DNA from: Octopus bimaculoides
Taxonomy: Eukaryota
Direction: 5' to 3'
DNA: 38,824 nt
Assembly: GCF_001194135.2 (NCBI RefSeq)
Contig: NC_068985.1
Coordinates: 105,216,195-105,255,018, forward strand
Shown here: positions 10,638 through 22,035 of the stretch, one piece after another
Numbering within the stretch: position 1 is the first letter of the stretch
Layout of the letters: each line of letters starts with the position of its first letter
Translations under genes and position numbers: made by a program
The notes under the pieces: generated by a model
Seen by the model: only the letters and a program-made list of their open reading frames with translations
Databases searched by the model: none
What the model was told of the DNA's origin: nothing

Positions 10638-11264
10638 AACTTGTAGTAGAATGATTAAGTGAAAATACATTTGCTTATTTAATAAATTGATTAAATTTGT
10701 TTAACACAAATGACTTTGAATTATGAGATACAAGGTGACTCTACTATATTAATGGCGCGTATTATTTCCGTGCCAGAGTTAAAAAAGAAACTCCAAAAAT
10801 AAAATATCATTCTCTAATAAAATACAGTAAAACTGTATCAGTTTATGTAAATGTATGGCATTAGCGTTGCAATGACTTAATGTAGTATTTATTTTATATA
10901 TCAGAGGTTATTATTATATATATCAGGTGTTCTAAGAAAAGAACATTATTACTGCTGTGTTATGATATATTGGTTAAGTTATGATATTTAGCAGGTGTTT
11001 TCAAGAAAGATATTTGTTACTATTTCGGCATAATGAGCAAGCAGCAATGCTTTGAAACATATACATTAGTTAATGAGCGAAATGTTTCTACTTACTAAAA
11101 TAGATGATCTTCACGCTACATAAAATGAACAACTTGATAGTCCTAATTTTTGTGATCGTTTTTATTTAGTATATGGTGGGAAAATGTAACGATTTGTTTG
11201 ACGTCAAACTACTTGCCGAGTGATCGATGGTTTGAGTATTATCATCACTATTATTATCTGGACA

Positions 11265-11653
11265 GTGGAAGCGCAATGGCCCAGTGGTTAGGGCAGCGGA
11301 CTCGCGGTCATAGGATCGCGGTTTCGATTCCCAGACCGGGTGTTGTGAGTGTTTATTGAGCGAAAACACCTAAAGTTCCACGAGGCACCATCAGAAGATG
11401 GTGGCGAACCCTGCTGTACTCATTCACCACAACTTTCTCTCACTCTTACTTCCTGTTTCTGTTGTGCCTGTAATTCAAAGGGTCAGCCTTGTCACACTGT
11501 GTCACGCTGAATATCCCCGAGAATTACGTTAAGAGTACATGTGTCTGTGGAGTGCTCAGCCACTTGCACGTTAATTTCACGAGCAGGCTGTTCCATTGAT
11601 CGGATCAACTGGAACCCTTGACGTCGTAAGCGACGCAGTGCCAACAACAACAA
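11265..11653 (+). mobile_element. Young full-length tRNA-derived SINE family B with 11-bp TSD
   Basis: A box TGGCCCAGTGG, B box GTTTCGATTCC and (CAA)n tail. TSD TTA[T/C]CTGGACA at 11254-11264 and 11654-11664. A closely similar copy lies at 28571. Confidence 0.92.
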
Positions 11654-11780
11654 TTACCTGGACAAAGCATTTCAACTAGAATATATTTTGTTTTCTTTGC
11701 TCTGAATATCTTAAAATGGAACGGAAAGACAATGTCCAAAATGAAAGGGAAGGAAGTAAAATAATATAAGAGAAAATAAT

Positions 11781-11996
11781 GGTTTAAAATTTTGGCACGA
11801 CCAGCAGTTTTTGAGAGGAGTGGGAAACCGATTATATCAACCCCCAGTATTTGATTGATTCTTATCTTATAGATCCCCGGAAGAAGTAAAGGCAAAGTCG
11901 ACCTCGGCAGAATTTTAGCTCAGAGTGTAAAGACAGACGAAATGCTTTTAAGTATTATTGTTCGGCGTGCTAACGATTCTGTCACTTCACCGCCTT
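11781..11996 (-). mobile_element. SINE family A
   Basis: AAAGGCAAAGTCGACCTCGGC...GCTAACGATTCTG...CGCCTT. Confidence 0.85.
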
Positions 11997-12020
11997 AATA
12001 CAAGAGAACAATCTATATAA

Positions 12021-12333
12021 TAATCTGCTTGTTCGTTCGCCCGTTATACATTAGTTAGATAGAGAGGTGGAGTGAGTCACAGGTGGAGTAAGCGTGTGCG
12101 AGAGAGTGAGGGAGGGGTGAAGGAAGAGAGGGAGAAGTAGAGAAAGGTGATTAATATTAATACACTTAGACCAAATGGTCACGTGGTCAGCTGAAGTTAG
12201 AGGCGAAGAACGAGAAGACGAGGAGAGAAAAAGAGGGAGGGAGAAGTGTTAACGACGTACAGTGTAGTGGGGGGAAGGAATACTTATTATAAGTGTTAAA
12301 AGTTAGCTGAAGGGAAAGGGAGGCAGTTATATT

Positions 12334-12391
<58 letters not shown>

Positions 12392-12780
12392 ANNNNNNNN
12401 NNAGAGAGAGAGACTGAGAGAGAGAGAGACAAACATTCAGACAGAGACAGACAGCGGTGATGGTAGTGGTGTATTGAAAAGTATATTTTTCGTTGAAGTA
12501 ATTTTTTTATAGCGATCAGCGCATGCGCAGAAGTGCAATTTATTTATCGACTGCTCGCTTAAAAAAATTGATATTTGTTTATAAGGGTTAATTTAGCCTA
12601 AACTATTGGATCCACAAGAAACACGGTAGCAAGCTGCCCGAGAAAGGATGCGCAGATATAGAGCATGGATCAGAGAGGACCAGCGAGAAGATGTAAGAAA
12701 AATAGAAGGAAAAAGACATGAAGAAATGAATGTCGACGAACGTCAAGAATATTTAAAGGAAGCTAAACTATGAATGATAT
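12021..12780 (+). mobile_element. Possible Helitron 5' relic with (GA)n tract and a degenerate charged ORF start
   Basis: Starts TCTATATAATAA, followed by a purine-rich tract. 12606-12773 reads LDPQETR*QAARERMRRYRAWIREDQREDVRKIEGKRHEEMNVDERQEYLKEAKL*, reminiscent of charged Helitron Rep N-termini. Inference only. Confidence 0.3.
12338..12452. repeat. (GA)n microsatellite with N gap
   Basis: Direct reading. Confidence 0.95.
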
Positions 12781-12862
12781 AAAAATGCAAATTATCCTTT
12801 CTTTCTTAACTAGGTCCTCTGAATTTTTTCCATTCCGTTGAATTTCCACAGGTCCTATTTGT

Positions 12863-12999
12863 AATAATAATCCTTTCTTCCACAGGCACAAGGCCAAGAA
12901 TTTTATGAGAAGGGGCTAATCCATTACACTGACCCTAGTGTTCAACTAGTACTTATTTTATCGACCCCGTGAAAATGAAAAGCAAAATCAACCTCAGCA
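12863..12999 (-). mobile_element. SINE family A, 3' part
   Basis: GGCACAAGGCC...GTACTTATTTTATCGACCCCG...GAAAAGCAAAATCAACCTC. Confidence 0.8.
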
Positions 13000-13078
13000 G
13001 TCCACAGACAGACACACACACATATTGTGCACAACATAACGTAAAGAACTGAAATGAATTTTAATATGAGAAAACCTC

Positions 13079-13291
13079 AGGGCGGCAAACTGGCGGAATC
13101 GCTAGCACGCCGGGCGAAATGCTTAGCGGCATTTCGTCCCTTTATATGTTCTGAGTTCAAATTCCGCCATGGTTGACTTTGCCTTTTATCCTTTCGGGGG
13201 TCGATAAAATAAATACCAGTTGAGCTCTGGGTTCGATGTAGTCGACTTCCACCCCGAAATTTCTGGTCTTGAGCCAAAATTTGAAGCCAAT
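13079..13291 (+). mobile_element. SINE family A, full length
   Basis: Head, B box GAGTTCAAATTCC, core and tail GAGCCAAAATTTGAAGCCAAT. Confidence 0.9.
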
Positions 13292-13393
13292 ATGAAGCCT
13301 TAGTGTGGATCTAAGGGCATTGTAAGCACATTCTTATTATACACAAAGTGAAGCCTTTAAATATTTAAATCCATTTTAATAATATATTTTAAT

Positions 13394-13763
13394 TTCTTTG
13401 TTTCAGTCCGTAGATTGCGGCCATGCAATGGCACCGCCTTAAAGAATTTTAATCGAACCAATCTACCTCAGTACTTAATTTTTTAAAACCTGTTACTTAT
13501 TCTATCGGTCGCTTTTGCCCAACCGTTATGTTACGGGATCGTAAATACACCAACACCGGCTGTCAAGCGGTGGTGAAGGACAGAAACGGACTCAAAGACA
13601 CGCACACACTCACACCCACATACGTGCAACGGGATTCTTTAATTTTCCGTCAACCAAATCTACTCACAAGCAATAGAAGATACTTGCCTAAAGTGCCATG
13701 CAGTAGGACTGAACTCGGAACCATGTGGTTGGAAAGGAAACTTCTTGTCATACACCCAAGCCT
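13394..13763 (-). mobile_element. SINE family C, near full length with internal CA-rich tract
   Basis: TTTCAGTC...GCGGCCATGC...GGCACCGCCTT...TATTCTATCGGTC...TGTCAAGCG...GATACTTGCCTAAAGTGCCATGCAGTAGGACTGAACTCGGAACCATGTGGTTGG. Confidence 0.85.
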
Positions 13764-15204
13764 AACTTATGGATATTTTTTGCGGTAATGTGTTGTCTGT
13801 TTTGTAGTTTCTAAATACAAGGCAAGCATGCATATGAGAAATTTGCACATATCTATATATATATAGAGGGGGAGATAGAAAATATACGTCTAACATTATA
13901 GTTTCTTCGTTGAATGTTAATAACTGCATTTACTATTTGAATTTGCAGACAATTTGTCTATATAATTACATAAACTCTTTACCAAGTATAACATCTGCGC
14001 AGTGGTTATGATCTTATATATTTCACAATCAAGGTTAATCTTTCACTGCACATTAGCCGTAGTTCATCACGGTTGAAAAACGAAGATGCAGGTGTACTTA
14101 TAAATTTTGCGAATTTTCTATTTATAAGATTTTCAGGAATATACACGACTATATCATTTAACGTGTCTTTTGTTTTCTATTGTCTGTTGCTTGAGCTAAA
14201 AATCGTATCAATAACTGTACGGGTAAAGAAAGATAGATGGATAGATATGGAGAGAGAGGAGGAGAGAGAAAGCTATAAGGATTATAACCAAAGGAAGAAG
14301 AATTTGTGGAAGCAGCGAATTTTTAACCTTTCGATCAAAGAGCTTTCAAGTTAATTCTTAATAGAACCATAACGGGGTCGTTCCTCTGTTAATTGAATTC
14401 TTTTCTTATATTACCTACTATATAAGTAGCACTTGGAGTTCTTCATGCGTAAATTTATTTTTTTGCAAGAAAGCACAATAGTATACAGTATGTATTTATA
14501 TTTTTATAATTTTATACAGTGGGTGTTATATGTGATTTATCAACTCCACGTGGAACAGCTTAAACTCTAAAATGATGATTTGATATTCTGAGGATAGTTG
14601 TGGTAGACGGGATATTCATATATTGAAACTATCAGGTAACCTTTGACGCGAGAATTCATTGTGACATTGTAATGTGTCAATGTTCAGTATAACTTATACA
14701 ATATGTTGTCATTTAAGAGCCTATGTAAAAGGTGACAGAACTGAATAATTAATAAATGTTTCATTAGCATGTGTTATTGGTTAATAAAAGCAACATGAAA
14801 CCGCTTTTGTATTGAACTTGAAGCCAAAGTACCTAGTTGTCACTGTCAGCTTTGTGAATAGATGCCATTCTCCAGATCTATTTCAAACTGCAAGTGATGG
14901 CTGAGATACAATAATCTATTTCACGTTATATCCAAGAAATACAAGCTTCCGCAATGTTATTCACCCACGGAAGATACAGCAAGCAATGCGTTAGGTTAAA
15001 TTGTTTGACATTGTAGCTCTTGGCATCAACATTCTCCTACTGACAATTCATGGATTTGATGTAGATTAAATGCCTTTAAAACGCGAGGAAAATCAATACA
15101 TTTCGTTTTCTCTAAACTCCATAAGTCTTTCAAGAAATCTGTTTAAACAATTTTACCTTAAATATTTACAATACAACTAATATCACCACATTACATTCAG
15201 TCTG

Positions 15205-15370
15205 ACCTATTAACGGGATAGTATCTACACGATCTCTTGATCTGTTAGAAACAACAGCCAAATCTCTCTCAAATCACACCCTGTCCTTGTAAAACTATTT
15301 GAGAGTAATGGTTGGAACACCTATCGTCATAATTCTATGATTATGGCTGACCTAGGGCAGAACGACAATA
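15205..15370 (+). mobile_element. Decayed interspersed repeat (family E)
   Basis: ACAGCCAAATCTCTCTCAAATCACACCCTGTC has a reverse-complement homologue at about 17070-17160. Ends GGCTGACCTAGGGCAGAACGACAA. Confidence 0.4.
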
Positions 15371-15759
15371 TTTAGTTGAGTTTTACTATGATATTGATAT
15401 TGTTTTCTAACATCTGTGCAATATCTCCAATTTTGGAACAGAGTTAATGCCGACTTAGATCGCAACATCGCAGTTTCTGACTGGTGCTTATTTTATTAAT
15501 CTTAGGAAATGAACGGCTAAGTCCACTTTGGCAGGTCTCAATATCAGATTGTAAACAAGCATAACTAAATACATCAAGGTACTTTGTTGGATAATCAACC
15601 TTCCACCATCTATACTTAAATTGAAAAAAAAAACCTGCTTATTAATTAGTTATGAGTATGTAACCTTTACTAAAAGTAAACGATTAAAGTTTACACCGCC
15701 AAGGAAACTCATAAATTAGCAATTTTAATATATTAATATCAAATTCTTTTATTATTGAA

Positions 15760-16270
15760 TATTTCAACTAAATGCCTTAATAAGAAAAGCTAATGTTAAT
15801 TCATTGTGGGAGAGCGTTTTTTTTAAATCTTGAACTGCGAGCTAGCGTTTTTGGACGCTTTACTTCCTTCTCTCTCTTTCCGTCTCTTCTTATTTATTGC
15901 CCCTTATTCCTTTTAGCCTTTCTCTGCTCTTATAACTTTTCCACTCTCACTCTTATCCTTATCGTAAGGTCTTTTATTGTACACCCTTCTCTTACTCTTT
16001 CCATAGCTTTGTTTACCGACTCACTCTATATAATTCTTTCTCTTTCTCTATTCTTATAACTGTTTCTCTCTCACTCTCCCTTAAAAATGCCCCCTCTCTC
16101 ACAACCTCCTCTATTCAATTATTTTCAATGCAAAATAAGTGATTGCAAAGATTTTCTTTGAGATATTTTGGGAATATTTGTGAAAAATTTGATACAATAT
16201 CTATTTATCATACCAAAATCACATAGAAATTTCTATTTCGTTCCATACGGTTACATACAAGTATGTAAAC
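15760..16270 (-). mobile_element. Possible non-autonomous Helitron-like relic (pyrimidine tract on the + strand)
   Basis: A long CT-rich tract followed by TTTGTGAAAAATTT...TACCAAAAT...ACATACAAG, a layout typical of reverse-oriented non-autonomous Helitrons. Termini are not clean. Confidence 0.25.
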
Positions 16271-16417
16271 TATAGTCCTTTGAATAACGAAAGCCTTGTG
16301 TTGATTTCTGTATCTACGCTGACGACTGCGTTTAGTGCTAGCTAAGGTATTGATTTCGTTTAACGTACCGATTACAATACAATATAGTATACATTAGAAT
16401 TTTTCAATTAAAAAATT

Positions 16418-16456
16418 ACTAGCAGAAAACCACCCGGAGGGGGTGTTTCTGCTAGT
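16418..16456. repeat. 39-bp fold-back with CTAGT at both outer ends
   Basis: ACTAGCAGAAA-AC-CACCC-GGAGG-GGGTG-TTTCTGCTAGT. Confidence 0.8.
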
Positions 16457-16579
16457 CACTGTAATAGTAATATTGCTTTTTTTCGGTATGTCGTACTTAA
16501 AGAACAGAAACAATGCTGCTTAACTGAATGCTTTGATATTTCCTTTTGCTTCATTCTCATATTGAGTCTAAATTTCATG

Positions 16580-16853
16580 AGTGCAGACGCATGGCCAGCA
16601 GTTAGAGTGCTGATTTCACTATTAATATGTCGTGGACTCGATTCTCAGACCAAGCGGTGCGTTGTCTCCTCGAGCAAGGTACTTCATTTCATGTTGCTCC
16701 CGTACGCTCAACTGTAAAGGAGTGCGAGAGGCAACTATGGAGTAACACAGTCCCATTCAGGGGCTGGGAGGCGCTCTTGTTTTTTCAACTTAATTCTTTA
16801 CATAGCTCATATATTCCGGCCTTATGATCCTGTTGGCCCAACGCAGACTTTAA
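16580..16853 (+). mobile_element. tRNA-derived SINE family D (decayed)
   Basis: TGGCCAGCAGTTAG A-box-like and GGACTCGATTCTC B-box-like motifs, then CGAGCAAGGTACTTCATTTCATGTTGCTCC...GTCCCATTCAGGGG...CCGGCCTTATG...CGCAGACTTTA. Confidence 0.65.
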
Positions 16854-17009
16854 GCTTCATAAATTGATTTTGTCTTTCATTTCTTCAGTGACGACAAATC
16901 AAAGAAACAGGCATTTACTGTCTGCGATCGTTAGTGAGATAAATCAAATCTAGGACAAATTATATAGTATTGTGTGGCTCCAGCTCAACCCCGATTAAGT
17001 GGAAGTATA

Positions 17010-17270
17010 AACAAAAGCTTTCTTAATATAAACCTAGGTATCTCTATCACTACATTATTCAATGTGTACTTTGTTTAAGAGAGTAGATGGCTGATTTGAG
17101 AGGGATTGAGCTCATATTTATGCTAAGCCAAGCAACTGCAAAGGGTATCTCCCGTTGGCTTGATATAGATATTGAAGAGTAGATTAATAACAGAGTTTTA
17201 ACTCTTTATCTACTTCGAAAAGAAGAAAAGTAAATTTGACTGCGGTGGGATTTGAAAGAAACTAAATTCC
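17010..17270 (-). mobile_element. Decayed family E repeat followed by a SINE-A fragment
   Basis: GATTTGAGAGGGATTGAGCT (reverse-complement homologue of 15255-15280), then GAAGAAAAGTAAATTTGACTGCGGTGGGATTTGAA. Confidence 0.35.
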
Positions 17271-18495
17271 AAAGTTTATATTTGGTTTTTGATTGTATGA
17301 CATTTTGCACACTTACCGGAATAACTTTATTGTTAACATTAGTTCCATTTGATTTGTCACAATAGCCCTTCACTGAGGATGTGGTGAGAAAGTGAGAAGT
17401 TGTAGCGTAAAAGAATTAACAGTGTGCCAGTTGAGTTATTTTCCACGACATATGGAATCGATTCGTCAGGAGTTTAATACCAACTTCACAAACTTTCCAA
17501 ATTAGACAATGGTATATAAGAGCTAGAGATAAGCTGTGCGTGTTGAGCACTAGAGTAAAATTTATACAATGCTCAGCTTTGTGAATTCAAATAACTTCGA
17601 TCTTCTAACCTCCTGTACCTTTTAAATTTTGCCACCCACGTGTTAGAGCTTACCAAGGCAGTAGACTTAATCCGTTGCCTGATACCTTTAGCAGAATCGA
17701 CTGTTTTGCAAGTATTTGGGCCAAGTTTTCGGTGTGAGGATATTTCTTCTCCTCCACTAATTTCGGAGCGCCCGAAAAGGTTTGGAGACTTTGCTATTGA
17801 ATAATTGATAAAAAAAAATCAGCCTTATATTTTAATTCGACCGACTAATTACTTCGCTATAACTATGCAGTCTTGTGTCAACATGCAAAATCGTTCGACC
17901 TTTGATAATTTAGCATAAATGCAATGCTGAAATGGATTAAATTTAAATATGCGCCACACTAGTATGGATATTTGAGGGATATCATGCGTAAAATGTATTT
18001 TAAAAATAGGCGTTGTTTCCTTCGTAAAAATTAACTGAGAAATAGCTATTCGTTGAAATTCATGAAATGTCCAAATAACTAGTGACGAACATAACTTATA
18101 AGGAATCTTATGTGTTCGTGAAACCTAAAGATAATTATTGATAATAGCATTCCTTGAGCGATTTTCACTGAGAAGACAGTTATAAGTTAAGAATAAACAA
18201 CGATAAGCCCAGCTACAGCTGTTTGAAAAGGACAGCAGGATAATAATGAGCAAATTCCGAAGAGCCTATCAGAATATGCAAGGAAGGCAATTATCCACGA
18301 CGAGAAGATATCGCCATTGGATACTGCAGAAATGAAAATATGTCATATCGGTATGTACGAGGCAGCTTTAAAAGCCGTTTCTTTAAAGAATAGAGACACA
18401 ACAAAGCCTTATCTAGATATATCTAGTAATTGAAGAACTGAGGTGTTGACCATTAAGGCATAAATGGGGCTAGTCAGTACCAGTTATGCCGCGCA

Positions 18496-18620
18496 GGGCG
18501 CAGACTTGGTTGTGCTGTTAACTTTGCAGGTTCAATCCCTGCACTACTCTATGAGCAAGTGTCTCGTACCATACTCCCGTTATATGAGTGAATTTGTGTG
18601 GAGGGAAACTGTGAAACTGA
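18496..18620 (+). mobile_element. SINE family C-like head fragment
   Basis: GGTTCAATCCC B box; GAGCAAGTGTCTCGTACCATA; GAGTGAATTTGTGTGGAGGGAAACTG. Confidence 0.45.
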
Positions 18621-18644
18621 GTAGGCGAAATTTACCTCCTCAGT

Positions 18645-19113
18645 ACCACCACCACCACCACCACCACCAATACCACCACCACCACCACCACCAATACCAC
18701 CACCACCANNNNNNNNNNNNNNNNNNNNNNNNNNNNNNNNNNNNNNNNNNNNNNNNNNNNNNNNNNNNNNNNNNNNNNNNNNNNNNNNNNNNNNNNNCAG
18801 CAACAAGAACAACAACAACAATAACACAACAGTCAACACCCAACCAACTCCAGTACCACCACATCACCACCCCACAACCCCCAACAACATTATCGTTATT
18901 ACTAAAACAGCCGCCGTCACCACCACCACCAACAACACTACCATTATTACTACAAGTCACCACCTCCTCCTCCCTCTCCTTCTCTTCCACCACCATCATC
19001 ACCAACTTCACCAAACGTCTGCTACCTCCACCATTACCACCATTATAACAAGCTGCCGTTATTATGATTATTACTATAAAGAATTATTATTATTATTATT
19101 ATTTTTTTTTTTT
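18645..19113. repeat. (CAC)n/(CAA)n low-complexity tract with gap, then (ATT)n
   Basis: Direct reading. Confidence 0.9.
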
Positions 19114-19789
19114 CATCATGACTCAACCAGCAATTCCATTTCCTCCAAATCACCTGCCTCTTCCTGTGTAATTCTATTCCTGCTTTGAGAGGATCAATTG
19201 TAATTTTTATAGGTTACGTTAGAAAAAACACTATTTCTAATTCTTATGGAATAGCGTTTTTCTCGTTTCCATCGGAATAGTTTCTAAAAACCACCCACAA
19301 TCAGATTATAAATGTCGATAAAATATTAAATTCATCGACCTTTCCTTTCGAACACTTTGACTTTGTCGTAAATTTTGTTCTGAGTTTCACATTTATCGAA
19401 TTGAGAGCATAATTTCTTTCTATTGAATAAATATCGATTTAAAAGCTTTATTGTGGAAAAGCTAGAGAAAGGACATATTTAACATTTTCAAAGTCCTCGT
19501 TTCTAGATGCTTCTAATACTTTATTCTATTGACAATAGATTGTAATCCAACAGTACAATCTATGCTGTTTGGTTCAAATCTGCTTTATTTTAATTTATTA
19601 GAAATAAGGATTTCTTATATTGGAATCAAGTTACAATGCTTTATGAAAAAGTTACCCTTAATATAATCGACCCCCAATATATGCCTGATATTTATTTATT
19701 TTATCTTAACTTTGGTAATGTAGATATATTTGGGCCATTATTGTCCCAGGACATGTCTTAGTAGCACCACCCAAGGTAATCTTTTAAAT

Positions 19790-20500
19790 CATGTTTTAGG
19801 ACATCGTAGCCCATTCAAAAAGGAAGTAGTTTGCCGAAATGTATCCGGGTGACGGTGGTTTGTCTGGTGTTTCTTGGGGGAATTTGTCGAGGTACCGTTT
19901 GAATGTTATGTGCTTTTTTTTTATTTCTTGATTTCTTTTGGAATAATGTTGAATAAGGCAGGATCAGTTGAGGAAAAAGTTGTGTCATATTTTGTGATGG
20001 GAGCTGGATTTTTATAGTTCCTGGTACGGGAGACAATCATTGGGTGACTTGTGAACTTGATATCGGCATAGTTAGACAGCATTTCGACTATATTTTCGAC
20101 ATTATAACGATGACCTTAGCACTCACGGCGGTGTTTGAGCTTTGTGAGGTGATCTCAATACTCAAGGCTTGTCGTATTATTCTTTGTGATCGATCGCCGG
20201 GTTGCTTCAATTCTCATTTTGTCAACATACACTCTACATTCCAAGCCCACAAATTACATCTATCTATTCTACTGCAGTAGGCTTTGCTTCTATCCTATCA
20301 GGCCCGCCTAAAATAAGCAACTCTCTTGCTCTCGTCACCAATACAGTCTTGCGAGCACTTAGGCATTGCTACAGTCTTATAACCAATTCTTCTTACCGAA
20401 AACATTAGTCCTCTGGAAAGTCGCAACACGACAACGTATTTATTTCCTTCTGACGTCCATTTACAGACGTTAAAATTGAATATGGACAGTATATGTCTCA
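19790..20500 (-). mobile_element. Decayed CR1/L2-group LINE, ORF2 C-terminal fragment
   Basis: Minus-strand translation across frameshifts gives EATRRSITK...LEY*DHLTKL, PALFNIIPKEIK and FKRYLDKFPQETPDKPPSPGY, resembling CR1-type ORF2 ends. Confidence 0.55.
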
Positions 20501-20840
20501 TCAGAAAAGGAAAACTCGAAAGTCAAAGAACTGGTCCTCTCTCCTGATTAACCCTTAAAAGTACGTACCAGATGGCTAAATCGACCTTGGTCAGAATTAT
20601 ATTTGAAGTCAAAAGAGTCCTAACATTTCTGACAATTCATCACCTTATGTAATAGTAAATTTTGCTTTGACACAAGCCCATTAAGCATTTAAAGGAGTTG
20701 TATAGTTAATTTAAAGATTGCGGTACTTTTCTACTATTTGTTTTTGCAAATTTGGAAGGAGTAAAGTTAAAGTCGACTCGAACGGTATTTGAAATGAGAC
20801 GAGAAATGAATCTGAGCTATTAGTAATAGCTAACTATAAT

Positions 20841-21043
20841 ATTGGTTTCACATTTTGGCACAAAGCCAGCGGTTTCGAGGGAGTGCGTAAGTTGATTACA
20901 TCGACTTCTGTGCTCAAGTGATACTTAGTTTATCGACAGTGAAAATCGAACTCGGCGGAATTTGTACTCAGAACGTAAAGACAAAGAAATGCCGTTAAGC
21001 ATTTTGTCCGCCATGCTGACGATTCTTTCAGCTCACCACCTTC
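20841..21043 (-). mobile_element. SINE family A (a more decayed copy lies at about 20690-20810)
   Basis: TTTTGGCACAAAGCC tail; CTCGGCGGAATTTGTACTCAGAACG; GACGATTCT...CACCTT. Confidence 0.85.
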
Positions 21044-21621
21044 ATAGCTGACTATAATATTAACTGGTTTTATGAATGGAGCGTTAAAAACCTAACCACA
21101 AATATTTAAGCGGTCAGGAAGAATATGCAATATTTGTCCAAAACAAATAATATTTGCATTCTTTTGGCAAGCATTCTTCAATAGGTTTAAATGCAATGTC
21201 TGCATACTGGAGCGTCAACGTAACTCTTGTTTCTCCTTATTATCGCTTCACGATGGCTTCCTCCATCAGATCCAAACACCTTTTATACCTTCTCAATGCA
21301 GGAGAGTTACATAGCTAACTGGGCAGCTAACACTTAAGTCGCTTTCCCTACTTCCATGTTCTAATCGATGCAACACAGAAACAACCCCGGACAACTTTAG
21401 ATCGTTCTTTTTTTGAATATTAACACTGAAGCATGAAACTGGTCGTTCTTGCCGAAGTAGTGACGAGAGAATCATTGAGTAAATGTACACGATTGTGCAT
21501 TGGATGGTGTATGAATGTATTTGTTTAGAGAATAAATAATTCAACGACGACATCCAAATGAAATCTAATAATCAAGCTAGTGTTAAGATACTTAATTCAT
21601 GTAATTATTAGTAAAACTAAT

Positions 21622-21810
21622 AAGGAAGCAAGCTGGCAGAATCGTTTGCGCGCTGGATAAGATACTTATCAGCATCTCTCCTGGTTTTACGCTCTGAGTT
21701 CAAGTGTCACTGAGCTAGACTTTGCATTTCATCCTTTCGGGAATAATAAAATAACTACCAGTTGAACACTGGTGTTAATGTAATCAACTTACCACTCTCC
21801 TAAAACTGGA
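21622..21810 (+). mobile_element. SINE family A, first unit of a tandem dimer
   Basis: AGCTGGCAGAATCGTT head and core; shares private variants with the next copy. Confidence 0.8.
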
Positions 21811-21828
21811 AAAATTAGTAAAATTAAT

Positions 21829-22035
21829 CAGGAGCCAAGCTGGCAGAATCGTTAGTGCGCTGGGCTTCTGAGCATTTCTCCTGACTTTATGTTCTGAGTT
21901 CAAGTGCCGCCAAGTAAGACTTTGCCTTCATCTTTTCAGGGTTGGTAAGTACCAGTTGAACACTGGTGTTGATGTAATCGACTTCCTCTTCTCCTCAAAA
22001 TTGCCGACCTTCTGCCTGAAATAGTAAAGTGTTAT
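21829..22035 (+). mobile_element. SINE family A, second unit of a tandem dimer
   Basis: As for the first unit. Confidence 0.8.

Noticed and set aside
11265-11340. tRNA gene (also 28571-28645)
   Set aside because: The A and B boxes continue into a 390-bp body with tail and TSD, and there is no proper acceptor stem. These are SINE heads.
18236-18436. About 66-codon open frame (QDNNEQIPKSL...YLDISSN)
   Set aside because: No recognisable domain and no acceptor tract; the length is within chance.
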